DNA of 61,104 bases from Candidatus Woesebacteria bacterium (GCA_027347685.1 DAIEQM010000044.1:1-61104); one strand, 5' to 3'; positions 26,941 through 36,769 are shown, counted from the first letter of the stretch. Numbers and translations: made by a program. The notes: a model not told the origin generated them from the sequence alone.

Positions 26941-29314
26941 TCGATTTTTTTTGGCTTTTAACGGCACCTTATCTCTCGATCAGAATACCTTTATTGCGTG
27001 GGGTCATCAAATTGCTGAGAGCGGCTTTAAAACATTTTACAATAGCTGGAGTGACTATTTACCAGGCTATTTATATATTTTGGGATTTCTCGCAAAAATT
27101 GAAACAATCATTCCACTTCCTCAAGTGCTCCTCTATAAGCTCCCTGCAATACTCTTTGATATAGCATCGGGATTTTTGGTGTACAAAATATTGCGTCCTC
27201 AGGGAACGCGAAAGGCGCTTTTCGGTGCTTCCCTTATTCTTTTGAACCCCGCTGTTCTTTCAAACTCAACACTGTGGGGGCAGGTTGATAGTATATCTTT
27301 TTTCTTTCCACTTCTGAGCATTTATTTACTTCCAGAGTCACCATTATTGTCTGGAATGGCGCTTGGTTTTGGTGCCTTGGTAAAACCTCAAGCCGTACTT
27401 GCTGCTCCAATCATTTTGTATCTTTTTTGGAAACGAAAAGAAAAATTCTCACACATGGCGATACTGGTCACAACTGCTGCACTCGTGTTTTTTGGAGGGT
27501 TTATTCCGTTTTTGAATCATGGAAATATCATTTCATTTGCACTGGAGCGACTTAATGTAACAATATCTCAGTATCCCTATGGATCGGTGAATGCGTTCAA
27601 TTTTTGGGGGTTGTGGGGTTTTTGGCAAGCAGAGTCGGCTGGTTTTTTGTCTGAGAAAAATGTTGGACTTTTATTGTTTGTCATAGCTTCAGTTGTTGCG
27701 TTTTTAAAGTTTCCCAAAGAAAAGAAGGAATACTGGCTCCTCTTTGTTTTTTACGCAGCGAACTTTTTGTTTTTCACCCGCATGCACGAACGGCATTTTC
27801 TTCCTGCAATTATGTCACTTGCAGTTTTGACTCCACTCTTCCCCGTGTTAAGTTTTTTCCTACTGATTATTTCAGCCATGTATCTATTCAATATGTATTA
27901 TGCATATGTCTGGATTACTGAAAATTTTAGAGAAGTGTTCTCACATGAATTAATCACCCTCTTTATTTTGTTGAACATCGTGAGTTTTGTGTGTATTTAT
28001 TTTTATGCTTTTTTTGAAAAACTGTTTCAGAATGTATTGACATTTTTAATGAGTAAAACAATTGTGAAAGATACGCTTTCGTTTGTTTCACTCTTTTATT
28101 CGCAAAAAGAAAAGAAACTTCCAGAAACGCTTTCACTGACAACAAAGCAAACTCTTCTGTCTGGTATTCTGTTGTTTGCACTGATCACCAGACTTGTCGG
28201 CTTAGGTGCGCCTGATCATGAATATTTTGATGAGGTGTATCATGCGTTCACCGCGAAAGTAATGCTTCATGATGATCCGAAGGCTTGGGAATGGTGGAAT
28301 CCCAACCCTGAAGGATTTGCGTATGAATGGACACACCCTCCTGTTGCAAAAGAAGTGATGGCCCTTTCTATGAGAGTATTGGGAGAGAATTCATTTGCAT
28401 ATCGCTTTCCAGCGGCCATGTTAGGAGTTGGTGCTGTTTTTCTTTTGTATAAAGTTGCGTCTCATTTGTTTAATGAAGAAGTTGGTCTTTTATCAAGTTT
28501 TGTCTTTAGTCTTGATGGACTTTTCTTAGTCATGAGTAGAATCGGAATGAACGACATGTATGTTGTGTTTTTGATTTTGCTTACCCTTTTACTTTTCTTG
28601 AAAAACAAGCATTTTCTTGGAGGATTGAGTCTCGGACTTGCTGCGGCTTCTAAGTGGACTACTCTTTGGTTTGTTCCAGTTCTCATTCTGGCATTTTTAC
28701 TCCTCAAAAAACGTTTTAAATTTTCGCTTCTTTGGTTTGTGATTTTGCCACCATTGGTATATGTCGCCACTTATATCCCCATGTTTGTTTCAGGCCATGG
28801 ATTTGATATTTTTTGGGGGATGCAGGAGCAAATGTGGTGGTATCACACAAGACTCGTGGCCACTCATCCGTATAGTTCTCGTTGGTGGACGTGGCCGTTA
28901 CTCCTCCGACCAATTTGGGTATATACGAGCGGGGAGACAAACGGATTTGTTTCTAATATTTATGGCATGGGGAATCCTCTGGTGTTTTGGGGAGGACTGG
29001 TGTCAGCGCTTATTAGTTTAAAATATATTTTTATTGAGAAAAGAAAACACTTGCTTTTGGTTTTAGGTGCATATCTTGGCCTTTTTATGCCCTGGGCCTT
29101 AAGCCCGCGCATTATGTTTTTTTACCATTACTTTCCTGCTGTCCCATTTCTCTCAATACTCATAGGGTTTGTGTTATACAAAAACAAAAAAGCAGTGCTT
29201 CCTTTTTTAGCACTCACACTCGTTCTATTTATATACTTCTATCCTCATTGGGCAGGACTTTCTGTGCCAGTGTGGCTCGACCACTCATATTATTGGCTCC
29301 CTGGGTGGAGGTAA
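26852..29314 (+). CDS. Tandem GT-C protein: N-terminal GT87-like module plus C-terminal protein O-mannosyltransferase (PMT/GT39)-like module
   Basis: DYLP, WGQVD, KPQ, MHER, then YFDEVY, HPP, KW, HPYSS.WW.WP...RP, GNP, F.YHY.P. Confidence 0.85.
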   Translation: MKKIKKHTKKITTGELKRKLLILFLGSFIIRFFLAFNGTLSLDQNTFIAWGHQIAESGFKTFYNSWSDYLPGYLYILGFLAKIETIIPLPQVLLYKLPAILFDIASGFLVYKILRPQGTRKALFGASLILLNPAVLSNSTLWGQVDSISFFFPLLSIYLLPESPLLSGMALGFGALVKPQAVLAAPIILYLFWKRKEKFSHMAILVTTAALVFFGGFIPFLNHGNIISFALERLNVTISQYPYGSVNAFNFWGLWGFWQAESAGFLSEKNVGLLLFVIASVVAFLKFPKEKKEYWLLFVFYAANFLFFTRMHERHFLPAIMSLAVLTPLFPVLSFFLLIISAMYLFNMYYAYVWITENFREVFSHELITLFILLNIVSFVCIYFYAFFEKLFQNVLTFLMSKTIVKDTLSFVSLFYSQKEKKLPETLSLTTKQTLLSGILLFALITRLVGLGAPDHEYFDEVYHAFTAKVMLHDDPKAWEWWNPNPEGFAYEWTHPPVAKEVMALSMRVLGENSFAYRFPAAMLGVGAVFLLYKVASHLFNEEVGLLSSFVFSLDGLFLVMSRIGMNDMYVVFLILLTLLLFLKNKHFLGGLSLGLAAASKWTTLWFVPVLILAFLLLKKRFKFSLLWFVILPPLVYVATYIPMFVSGHGFDIFWGMQEQMWWYHTRLVATHPYSSRWWTWPLLLRPIWVYTSGETNGFVSNIYGMGNPLVFWGGLVSALISLKYIFIEKRKHLLLVLGAYLGLFMPWALSPRIMFFYHYFPAVPFLSILIGFVLYKNKKAVLPFLALTLVLFIYFYPHWAGLSVPVWLDHSYYWLPGWR

Positions 29315-29362
29315 CTGTTCTATATTGATATAATCTCGTGTGGTCATAAATGGAGGTGTATT

Positions 29363-29605
29363 GTGAGTGAGTTGTCGAAGATTTCATTTCGAATTAAGGA
29401 AGGTCTTGTTGTTGAAACTCTGTCTTTGCCAAATGACTATTTAAACAAAACGGGACAGGAAGCCCTTCGTTGGCCTAATGGTCAAGAGAAAGACCCAACT
29501 TACGTCTGGAATATATCCGAGATGTCGGCTCAACCAGATGGATCTATTATCTTTGTCTTTGTGAGGAATAAACGACTAAATCTCAGAATATTACTTGATC
29601 TGTAA
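29363..29605 (+). CDS. Small hypothetical protein (GxVV family, see findings)
   Basis: GGAGGT SD before GTG; terminator 29616-29645. Confidence 0.65.
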   Translation: MSELSKISFRIKEGLVVETLSLPNDYLNKTGQEALRWPNGQEKDPTYVWNISEMSAQPDGSIIFVFVRNKRLNLRILLDL

Positions 29606-29615
29606 CAAATGAACT

Positions 29616-29645
29616 AAAGGCATCTTGTGGATAGAGATGCCTTTT
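29616..29645. terminator. Bidirectional intrinsic terminator
   Basis: AAAGGCATCT/AGATGCCTTT inverted repeat between convergent genes. Confidence 0.75.
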
Positions 29646-30993
29646 ATAGTGCAACGACTATTGCAATTATAGTAAGGAGTGCTCCTCCCAATATAAGTCC
29701 TATCGTTGGAAGCCCAACACCTGCACTCGGAAGGGTTACTGGTGTAGGCGAAGTATTAGTATTTGTTCCTCCTACGTTTCCTGTTGCAGTCGCTCTTGGA
29801 GTACCTGTGCCACCAGTTTGACAGGTTGCGCTTCCCGTATTGGTCGCAATACGACATCTCTTGTCTACACCAGTGATAAAGCAGGTGTATTGAGATCCGA
29901 TGGTTAAACATTCGGCGTTACTACTACAGACACTATTACATTCAAACGAATTATGTGGCGTGGGTGATGTGGTTTGTGGAATATTACATTCTTGTCTATC
30001 TGGGAAAGCAGACAGTCGGCAGGTAGAGGTCGGTGGATAGCAGGTATAACTGGAGTCGATTGCTTTGCAGGTTGCATCGGTTGAACACTGTTTGTTACAT
30101 GCCACTTGTGGTGTAGAAGTCGGAGTTGTTGTCGGTGTAGCGGTTGGAGTACTTGTTGCTCCAAGAGTAAAGTTCAAACTACACATGTTGGGAAGTGGAG
30201 TCGTTGTTGGTGTTCCGGTTGGACTGCTGGTTGGTGAACCGGTAGGAGTTGTAGATGGTGACGTGGTTGGACTTCCTGTCGGTGTTGCGCAGTTTTGTGG
30301 CTCAACGACGTACCCAATATCTCTTCCATTACAGGTAAAGTCGAGCTGCCATGTTAAACACACTGCCCCCAAACCTTTTGTTAATGTCTCGTTCGGTTGA
30401 AGGGTGACATCACCACTGGTATTATGACAACTCGACATTGCAGGCCTGCCAATATTCTCTTGTCGATTTTCACAGTCGAGCAGCCAGTGAACCGTTATTG
30501 GACTACTCGTCGTATTTCTGGTGGTAAAGCTTGGTGTCGAATTCCAATTTCCCGAATCAGGCCCCGTTTGAAGTCCTGCACAGGCCGGTTGGTTGTTGTA
30601 GGATCCACTCTGTTGGCAATCTAAGCTCCCCACAACCTTCCAGTCGAAATTTCCGCTAATCGGCACATCAACATGGCCGATGATAGTTTTGGGAGATCGT
30701 GGCCCAAATCCGGGAACATCAAATGTCCCTACTTTTGCGCCATCAATTAAAACATCCGCTTTTTGAGCAGGTTCAGTTCTATCTGATGCATTTTCGATAC
30801 TGACATCTCCAGTTTGACTCACTCCAAAAGAGTAGGTAGTACAATCCCATGCAAAGAGTTTTGATTGGGGAGCATTCGGGGCAACAGCCTGTCCTCTCAG
30901 TTGGTAGAGTCTTAGAGACGTAAATATCCCCACACCCGCTAGCACAAATGTAGTTCCTATAATGAGTGATGTAATAATGTTTTTCTTGCGCAT
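29644..30993 (-). CDS. Cys-rich, Thr/Pro-rich surface protein with C-terminal LPSAG plus TM
   Basis: N-terminal hydrophobic helix, PT/S repeats, two 6-Cys modules, LPSAG then hydrophobic tail. Confidence 0.8.
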   Translation of the reverse strand: MRKKNIITSLIIGTTFVLAGVGIFTSLRLYQLRGQAVAPNAPQSKLFAWDCTTYSFGVSQTGDVSIENASDRTEPAQKADVLIDGAKVGTFDVPGFGPRSPKTIIGHVDVPISGNFDWKVVGSLDCQQSGSYNNQPACAGLQTGPDSGNWNSTPSFTTRNTTSSPITVHWLLDCENRQENIGRPAMSSCHNTSGDVTLQPNETLTKGLGAVCLTWQLDFTCNGRDIGYVVEPQNCATPTGSPTTSPSTTPTGSPTSSPTGTPTTTPLPNMCSLNFTLGATSTPTATPTTTPTSTPQVACNKQCSTDATCKAIDSSYTCYPPTSTCRLSAFPDRQECNIPQTTSPTPHNSFECNSVCSSNAECLTIGSQYTCFITGVDKRCRIATNTGSATCQTGGTGTPRATATGNVGGTNTNTSPTPVTLPSAGVGLPTIGLILGGALLTIIAIVVAL

Positions 30994-31000
30994 AAAATAA

Positions 31001-31777
31001 TTAATACCAAGTTCCGTCTGATCCCTTTAGCTGAGCTGTTATTTCAAAATCTTTCACTCCGGTTGGAATTGTGTAACTATCATAATAGTTATTGTTCGAA
31101 TCCTTTAATGTTGATGCAGGTAAAAGCGATCCGTTCACCGTAAACCGCACGGAGGTGTAGTTGGTGACAGCACCTGAGCCAACTGCTACGAGTCGTATTT
31201 TTGATCCAGCAGTGAGTGAGGAAAGTTGACTCGCGGTATAAGCTGTAGACCCATCCTCAGAATACGCTTTTATATTTTGACACTGATAACTGGTTCCCGT
31301 TATTTCAATCCTACCCGCGTTCGAACAATCTGAAGTGCCATTTATTTGCCAAGAAAATGTGGATGTGGGCACCGTTACTGTCCCCAGTGTTTGCGATCCG
31401 CCGGCAGGGAGCGCTGGTACGTCAAAGGTGTGTACTAATTGGTTATTCACAAACACGTCAGCTCTCTGAAGCGGTTCTGCCGAAGAAGAATTGTTCGTCA
31501 CAATAACACTGCCGTTTGCAGTTAGCGAAAAGGTATAGGCACCGCAATTCCAGGCATTCGATTTAAACAGTACCGGACGCGCGATAAGTATAAATCCGGA
31601 GAGCGTCGTGATCGTGAGAATAATAACAGCAATAATGGCAAAGAGCGCCTTTTTGTTTCGTCGTGGTGGAAGTGCGGAACTACCTGACATGGTACCCATT
31701 TCTGGTGTTAGACCACTGGTGACGGTTGATTGAGGCATTACCACATTGGGTGTGGATGGAATGGTGGGCGGGTTCAT
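31001..31777 (-). CDS. Membrane-anchored extracellular beta-rich protein
   Basis: One TM; AWNC...TFDVP...W...G..DC domain shared with the 29644 protein. Confidence 0.75.
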   Translation of the reverse strand: MNPPTIPSTPNVVMPQSTVTSGLTPEMGTMSGSSALPPRRNKKALFAIIAVIILTITTLSGFILIARPVLFKSNAWNCGAYTFSLTANGSVIVTNNSSSAEPLQRADVFVNNQLVHTFDVPALPAGGSQTLGTVTVPTSTFSWQINGTSDCSNAGRIEITGTSYQCQNIKAYSEDGSTAYTASQLSSLTAGSKIRLVAVGSGAVTNYTSVRFTVNGSLLPASTLKDSNNNYYDSYTIPTGVKDFEITAQLKGSDGTWY

Positions 31778-31783
31778 AAGTAG

Positions 31784-33169
31784 TTATTGTTTGAGCGAAC
31801 TATTTAAATAGATACCAGAAATAAGGAGTGCAATACCTGTTGAAATAAAGGCGAGCGTTGCAAACGGACTTCCTGCAACAGGAAGAGCTGAAGGTGTTGC
31901 TGTTTTAACAGGAGCAATGGTTGGTGAGGCACTTGCTGTTGGAATAGCTGTCGGCTTCACTGTCGGTGCAAGTGTTGGGGCAACTGTTGGTGCGATCGTA
32001 GGTGCAACGGTAGGCTTTGCTGTTGGTTTTGCAGTAGGCGCAAGAGTTCCAGATGGGGTGGATACAAATGCCGGTTCCTGGGCATTTGCAACAATGGTAA
32101 ATGTTTTGGTAATTGTTTGCAGAACTCCTTGAGCATTTTTCCAGGTAATGGTGAGCGTATGTGAACCTTCTTCAAGATTTGTGGGAGGGCTCCATTTCCA
32201 CGATCCGTCTGACGCGACTGTTACGTTTTGCGTAATAGGTGTGGATGAATGAACCGTTACCGTAATACTGGTGTTTTTAGGGCCATCTCCAAAAAACTCT
32301 GGAGTTGTTGTGTATATCGTTTCACCATTGTCGATACTTTTCACTGTCACAGTGCTTGAAGCAGGGAGTGGTGTTGCCGATGTGTTTAAATCAAAACGAG
32401 ACTTTGTTTCAGTGGTCGTGTTTGAGTTTGGCAAAATAACAGAAGATTGTGGGTCATTTGTCGTAGTCGTTTGGGTACTCGTTCTAAAATCATATGTTTT
32501 ACCCAAGGTGATAGAAGGAACCGGATTAGCTGAACCTAAATATACTTGTGCGGTAGCAACTCCAGTAGTTCCTGCTTGAACAAAAATAGTAAGAAGCGTG
32601 TCTTTTGCACTTTCTGCTACAGGGAGCGCGAGTATCCAGTTTCCTGAAGAAGAGGTGATCGTAGATTGCTCTGTCATTCCAGGCGCGTCTATATACACGA
32701 TAGCGTCAGAGGCGGGAAGCCCAGTCGGCAGGAGAATAGTTCCTGATACATGCGAGACGTCTGCAGAAATGGAAGGAGCAGTGGTGGTGTTCCACGGAAT
32801 GCCATTATTGGTAACATCAGTTCCCCCAGAATTAATTGTGAAATAGTATGCTTTGTTTTTCGTTAGGTTCCGAACTGTTGCAGAATGGGTAAGGCTCGTT
32901 TTTGCAGCTCCTCCTTCAGGTGTTACTGTCTGACCAAGGTTTGAAGTCTCTCCCCATTTCACAAGCCCAGTTGTTTGTTTGTCGGTAACCCAATTTACGG
33001 TAAAGGAACCATCGGTAATATTAGTAATTCGAACATCTTTCGGAGTAGTGTCAGGGCTTGCTCCGAGTTTGAAGATCGTATCTTTGTTTACCAATACCAC
33101 ACCACCAGCAAGACCAAAGACTAAAACAATTACTCCAATGAGGGTTGGTATTTTTTTGTTGTTATTCAT
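31784..33169 (-). CDS. Fibronectin type III / Ig-like surface protein with LPVAG plus TM
   Basis: TNIT..SFTV.W.T, H...V.NL....YYF (FN3); DG.W...P...L.EG.H (Ig-like); xxPT repeats. Confidence 0.85.
   Translation of the reverse strand: MNNNKKIPTLIGVIVLVFGLAGGVVLVNKDTIFKLGASPDTTPKDVRITNITDGSFTVNWVTDKQTTGLVKWGETSNLGQTVTPEGGAAKTSLTHSATVRNLTKNKAYYFTINSGGTDVTNNGIPWNTTTAPSISADVSHVSGTILLPTGLPASDAIVYIDAPGMTEQSTITSSSGNWILALPVAESAKDTLLTIFVQAGTTGVATAQVYLGSANPVPSITLGKTYDFRTSTQTTTTNDPQSSVILPNSNTTTETKSRFDLNTSATPLPASSTVTVKSIDNGETIYTTTPEFFGDGPKNTSITVTVHSSTPITQNVTVASDGSWKWSPPTNLEEGSHTLTITWKNAQGVLQTITKTFTIVANAQEPAFVSTPSGTLAPTAKPTAKPTVAPTIAPTVAPTLAPTVKPTAIPTASASPTIAPVKTATPSALPVAGSPFATLAFISTGIALLISGIYLNSSLKQ
31935..32045 (-). 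repeat. Degenerate 12-bp (4-aa, xxPT) coding repeat
   Basis: APTAKPTAKPTVAPTIAPTVAPTLAPTVKPTAIPT. Confidence 0.7.
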
Positions 33170-33174
33170 ATATA

Positions 33175-33390
33175 TTATTGTCCTCCTTCAAAATATACCC
33201 TATTTGTAAGCTTGTCTAAAAGGGCCGCATCGAGATGTGGATCAACTGGTGCCAGTATTTCAGCTGAAACAGAGGGGGCTGGCTTTTCAGTAAACGCTCG
33301 ATATACATCAAAACTAATCCAAACAAACGACGTAATGAGTGTTAGAATCGCGAATTTTACGAGAAATGGTGCTTGTTTTTTTGATTTCAT
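33175..33390 (-). CDS. Small single-TM protein downstream of pilO
   Basis: ATGA overlap with pilO stop; one TM. Confidence 0.65.
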   Translation of the reverse strand: MKSKKQAPFLVKFAILTLITSFVWISFDVYRAFTEKPAPSVSAEILAPVDPHLDAALLDKLTNRVYFEGGQ

Positions 33391-34028
33391 GGTGTGGGTG
33401 TAACTGGAACAATTGGCCAATAAGGAATTTCTCCAGAAACAGACAAGTACAGTTGTGATGAACCCGTGTTTGATTCGTCGATCGAAAGTGCGCTGGTCAA
33501 AACGCCTATCGGTCTTCTCAGATTTTCAATATCTTTTAACGTTGCCAATAGATTTGAATAGGCACCATTAAACGTAACACTAAATGGTATTTTTTGCTCG
33601 GCATCACCCACTCCTGCCGCCACAACGTCAATGGGAATATTTCCCGTGCTCATGGTAAAGATGGTGACATTGTGTGCCGATGAGATAACTTCAATTTGCT
33701 TAACATATGAACCAATTGTTGGTTCTGAGGGAATTGCCGTATCAAGAAGCGCAATTTTGTCGCTGTTTTGGGTAAAAAGATCTTGTGCGGAAATGAGGTT
33801 TGCTATCTTTGTATCCATGGTACTAATCGTCTGCTTTTTCTCAGAAATTTCAGTAGTAAGTCCGCCAATTGTGATGAGTGTTGGACGGATTGCAAAAACG
33901 CTAAACAGAAAAACAGCGGCTGAGGTGAGAAGCATTTCGATAAACATGCGAATATCGGATCTATCACGATAGGTCGTTGCAAGTTGGGCGATATATTTTC
34001 GATAGAGTTGGGTGTTTGACTGTCTCAT
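33387..34028 (-). CDS. pilO: Type IV pilus assembly protein PilO-like
   Basis: TM, coiled coil, AIP..P, G.Y.NL...L..IENL.R. Confidence 0.75.
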   Translation of the reverse strand: MRQSNTQLYRKYIAQLATTYRDRSDIRMFIEMLLTSAAVFLFSVFAIRPTLITIGGLTTEISEKKQTISTMDTKIANLISAQDLFTQNSDKIALLDTAIPSEPTIGSYVKQIEVISSAHNVTIFTMSTGNIPIDVVAAGVGDAEQKIPFSVTFNGAYSNLLATLKDIENLRRPIGVLTSALSIDESNTGSSQLYLSVSGEIPYWPIVPVTPTP

Positions 34029-34032
34029 GACA

Positions 34033-34581
34033 TTAATTTAGATTGACACGTAAAATTGCTTGAATTAATTCGCTGTTTGGTACTGCCTCAACACTGACCA
34101 CGTTCATTTGTGTAAAAGGAGTTTCTTTTTTGAGTCGTGTTACAAACGAAAGTATGTTTTGCTCGTTTTTGCCAACGACAAGAACAGAAAAATCTGTCGC
34201 GCTGTAATCTATTTTAGTCAGTTGCAAGTCTGAAGAGAGGTTTTTTGTGACAAGTGAAACATAGTCACTAAATGGAGTTTTACTGTAGGCATAGGTATTA
34301 AATGTTGCGAGTCGTGCTTGTGCTCTCTTAAAATCATGTTCAAAAGGCAAATAACTTTGAATAAGCGCTTTCTTTTGATTTATCTCATCCGTTAAGTCTG
34401 CATTTTTACTATCAAGGAAGAATCGAGACAAGAATCCCACAATAACCACTAATTCAACCGTAACTACTAAAAACCTGAAACTCCCCAGAAGCCACGTAAT
34501 AATACGGTTTTTAAGAGAAGCATCTGCTTCATCAGTCGGAAGCAAATTTATGGCTGGTGTTTTTCGCTTTAGGGCAGGCAT
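34033..34581 (-). CDS. pilN: Type IV pilus assembly protein PilN-like
   Basis: INLLP motif before TM, coiled coil; upstream of pilO. Confidence 0.7.
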   Translation of the reverse strand: MPALKRKTPAINLLPTDEADASLKNRIITWLLGSFRFLVVTVELVVIVGFLSRFFLDSKNADLTDEINQKKALIQSYLPFEHDFKRAQARLATFNTYAYSKTPFSDYVSLVTKNLSSDLQLTKIDYSATDFSVLVVGKNEQNILSFVTRLKKETPFTQMNVVSVEAVPNSELIQAILRVNLN

Positions 34582-34651
34582 AGAAAGGGTACAGGACTAT
34601 TTCATCATAGCAAAAAAACGAAGCGTGTGAACAGTAATGAAATTAACGGAG

Positions 34652-34894
34652 TTATGCCTTCGAAGAAAGAAGCTTTGAAAATGCACTTTTGATGTGTGCC
34701 GCCTTGTTTGCATGAATTATTTTATTTTTCTTAGCACGGTCTGTAAGAGAAAACACTACTGAAACATTTTTCAAAGTTGGCGACTTTTTAGCTGTTTTTT
34801 GTGCAATCTCGATTCGTTTTTTGAGAGTTTCATTAACGGTAAGTTTCCGTGCTGAAACGCGGAGTGCTCTTTTTGCTGTTTTTGTTACTGGCAT
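34652..34894 (-). CDS. rpsT: 30S ribosomal protein S20
   Basis: MPVTKTAKRALR...DRA.K.KIIHANKAAHIKS. Confidence 0.92.
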   Translation of the reverse strand: MPVTKTAKRALRVSARKLTVNETLKKRIEIAQKTAKKSPTLKNVSVVFSLTDRAKKNKIIHANKAAHIKSAFSKLLSSKA

Positions 34895-35010
34895 AATTAG
34901 ATTGTAATTGGGTTTAATGGTAATTGCGAATAAACGCATTTTCCACATGCAAGTATACAGCGGTGCAGGTAGAATATCAATAATCGGCTGAACTCTTATG
35001 AGTAACATCT

Positions 35011-36708
35011 ATGAATAACATCTTCTACAAAAGCAAAAAAATACTGTTCGAACCACAAAGCACCGTTCTGTCTGGAGCAATTGTAATTATGGGCATGGTT
35101 ATTTTGTCTCAAATTCTTGGGCTTATTCGCCAGCGCGTTATACTGTCTTTCTTTGACCAACAAGATTATGCGTTGTTTCTCGCCGCGTTTAGACTTCCAG
35201 ACCTCGTCTTTGAAGTTTTGGCGTTAGGTGCTTTTTCTTCAGCCTTCATTCCTGTCTTTGGAAGAGAACTTAAAAAGGATGAACGGGAGGCGTGGGACAT
35301 TGCAACCCGCGTGGTGAACCTTGGAGTACTGATCTTTTTACCCGTAGCGATTCTTTTCGCCATTTTCTCAAATCAACTCTATTCAGTTATTGTCCCTGGT
35401 TTTTCTCCAGAACAAATTACAAAAGCAGCCGGGCTTGCTCGAATACTCTTTGCGGCTCAAGGAGTATTTGTCGTGAGTTATGTAATTAATGGAGTACTCG
35501 AAAGCTCTCGTAGATTTTTTGTAACAGCACTCGCTCCACTTGTTTACAATATTGGCATCATTCTATGTACCGTGTTTTTGTCTCCGTCGATTGGTTTGTG
35601 GGCGCCGGCAATTGGTGTTTTGGTAGGTGCTTTTGGGCACTTACTCGTACAGCTTCCACTTGCTATGACCCTTGGCTTTCGGTTTACCAGACGAGTAAAA
35701 CCAACAGCTGAAGTTAAAAAGGTCGGGAAACTGGCAGCCCCTCGAGTTCTCGAGCTTTCAATACTTCAAATTTTAAAAACAGTCGAACTTTCATTTGCGT
35801 CCCTCATGTCTGTTGCATCTTACGGCTTTTTAAGCCTGGCAAGCTCACTGCAAGCAGTGCCGATAAACTTGTTTGGTATTTCGCTTGCAAAAGCTGCCCT
35901 CCCTGCCCTTACCCGGGTATCTGACGATCCAGCCGCATATAAGAAAATTCTCTTAACAACGCTCTATCAGATGATGTTTTTCATTATTCCCGTTTCAACG
36001 CTTCTTGTTGTCTTACGGGTTCCGATTGTTCGACTTGCCTACGGAACAAACCTTTTTGATTGGGATGCGACGGTGACAACAGGGCTCGTTTTAAGCGGGT
36101 TTGCCATTGGAATTCCAATTCAAGCGGCACTCGCACTTATTTCACGCGCCTATTACGCTCTTCATGACACGCGAACTCCGGTAGCCTTTGCGATTTTTGA
36201 CGTATTTCTGACTATTGGTATTGAAGTGCTCTGCGTATTTGTCTTCAAACTTCCCGTGTGGTCATTGGCGGTTGCCAACAGTATTTCAGGCTTCGTTCAA
36301 ATAAGTTTGCTTTATTATGTTTTAAGTCGAAAACTTCACAATGGAACGCTGTTCTCTATTACTCCCATTATTAAGAGTGTTGTGGGTGGAGTGTCTTCGG
36401 GCCTCGTGATGTTTGCTCTTCTCAAGACCTTTGATAAGTCGGCATGGGTGAAACGTTTGTCTTTTATCAATAATATTGACGCTTTGAAGAATTTGAACTT
36501 CGAACATTTTGTACTGGATACGCGCTACACCTTTAACCTTATTGTGCTGACGGGAATTACTGCTTTGATAGGGATTATCGTCTATCTAGTGGTTTTGTGG
36601 GCACTACAGTCGGACGAGCTTTCGGTATTTATTAAATTAATCAGATCACGTGCCTTTAAGGAACTTGAAAAAGAAGAAGAACCGATTACGACACCACAAA
36701 TGGACTGA
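35011..36708 (+). CDS. murJ: Lipid II flippase MurJ
   Basis: S.ILGL.R, AFRLPD, GA.SSAFIPVF, RAYYA.HDT.TP. Confidence 0.93.
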   Translation: MNNIFYKSKKILFEPQSTVLSGAIVIMGMVILSQILGLIRQRVILSFFDQQDYALFLAAFRLPDLVFEVLALGAFSSAFIPVFGRELKKDEREAWDIATRVVNLGVLIFLPVAILFAIFSNQLYSVIVPGFSPEQITKAAGLARILFAAQGVFVVSYVINGVLESSRRFFVTALAPLVYNIGIILCTVFLSPSIGLWAPAIGVLVGAFGHLLVQLPLAMTLGFRFTRRVKPTAEVKKVGKLAAPRVLELSILQILKTVELSFASLMSVASYGFLSLASSLQAVPINLFGISLAKAALPALTRVSDDPAAYKKILLTTLYQMMFFIIPVSTLLVVLRVPIVRLAYGTNLFDWDATVTTGLVLSGFAIGIPIQAALALISRAYYALHDTRTPVAFAIFDVFLTIGIEVLCVFVFKLPVWSLAVANSISGFVQISLLYYVLSRKLHNGTLFSITPIIKSVVGGVSSGLVMFALLKTFDKSAWVKRLSFINNIDALKNLNFEHFVLDTRYTFNLIVLTGITALIGIIVYLVVLWALQSDELSVFIKLIRSRAFKELEKEEEPITTPQMD

Positions 36709-36740
36709 TTCTCAGGATAGCTGACACCTCTTGACAACCA

Positions 36741-36767
36741 TTAGCACTCATACTATTCTAGTGCTAG
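36741..36767 (+). promoter_or_regulatory. CIRCE operator overlapping the hrcA promoter
   Basis: TTAGCACTC-N9-TAGTGCTAG; promoter TTGACA(36731)-17-TATTCT. Confidence 0.9.
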
Positions 36768-36769
36768 TT

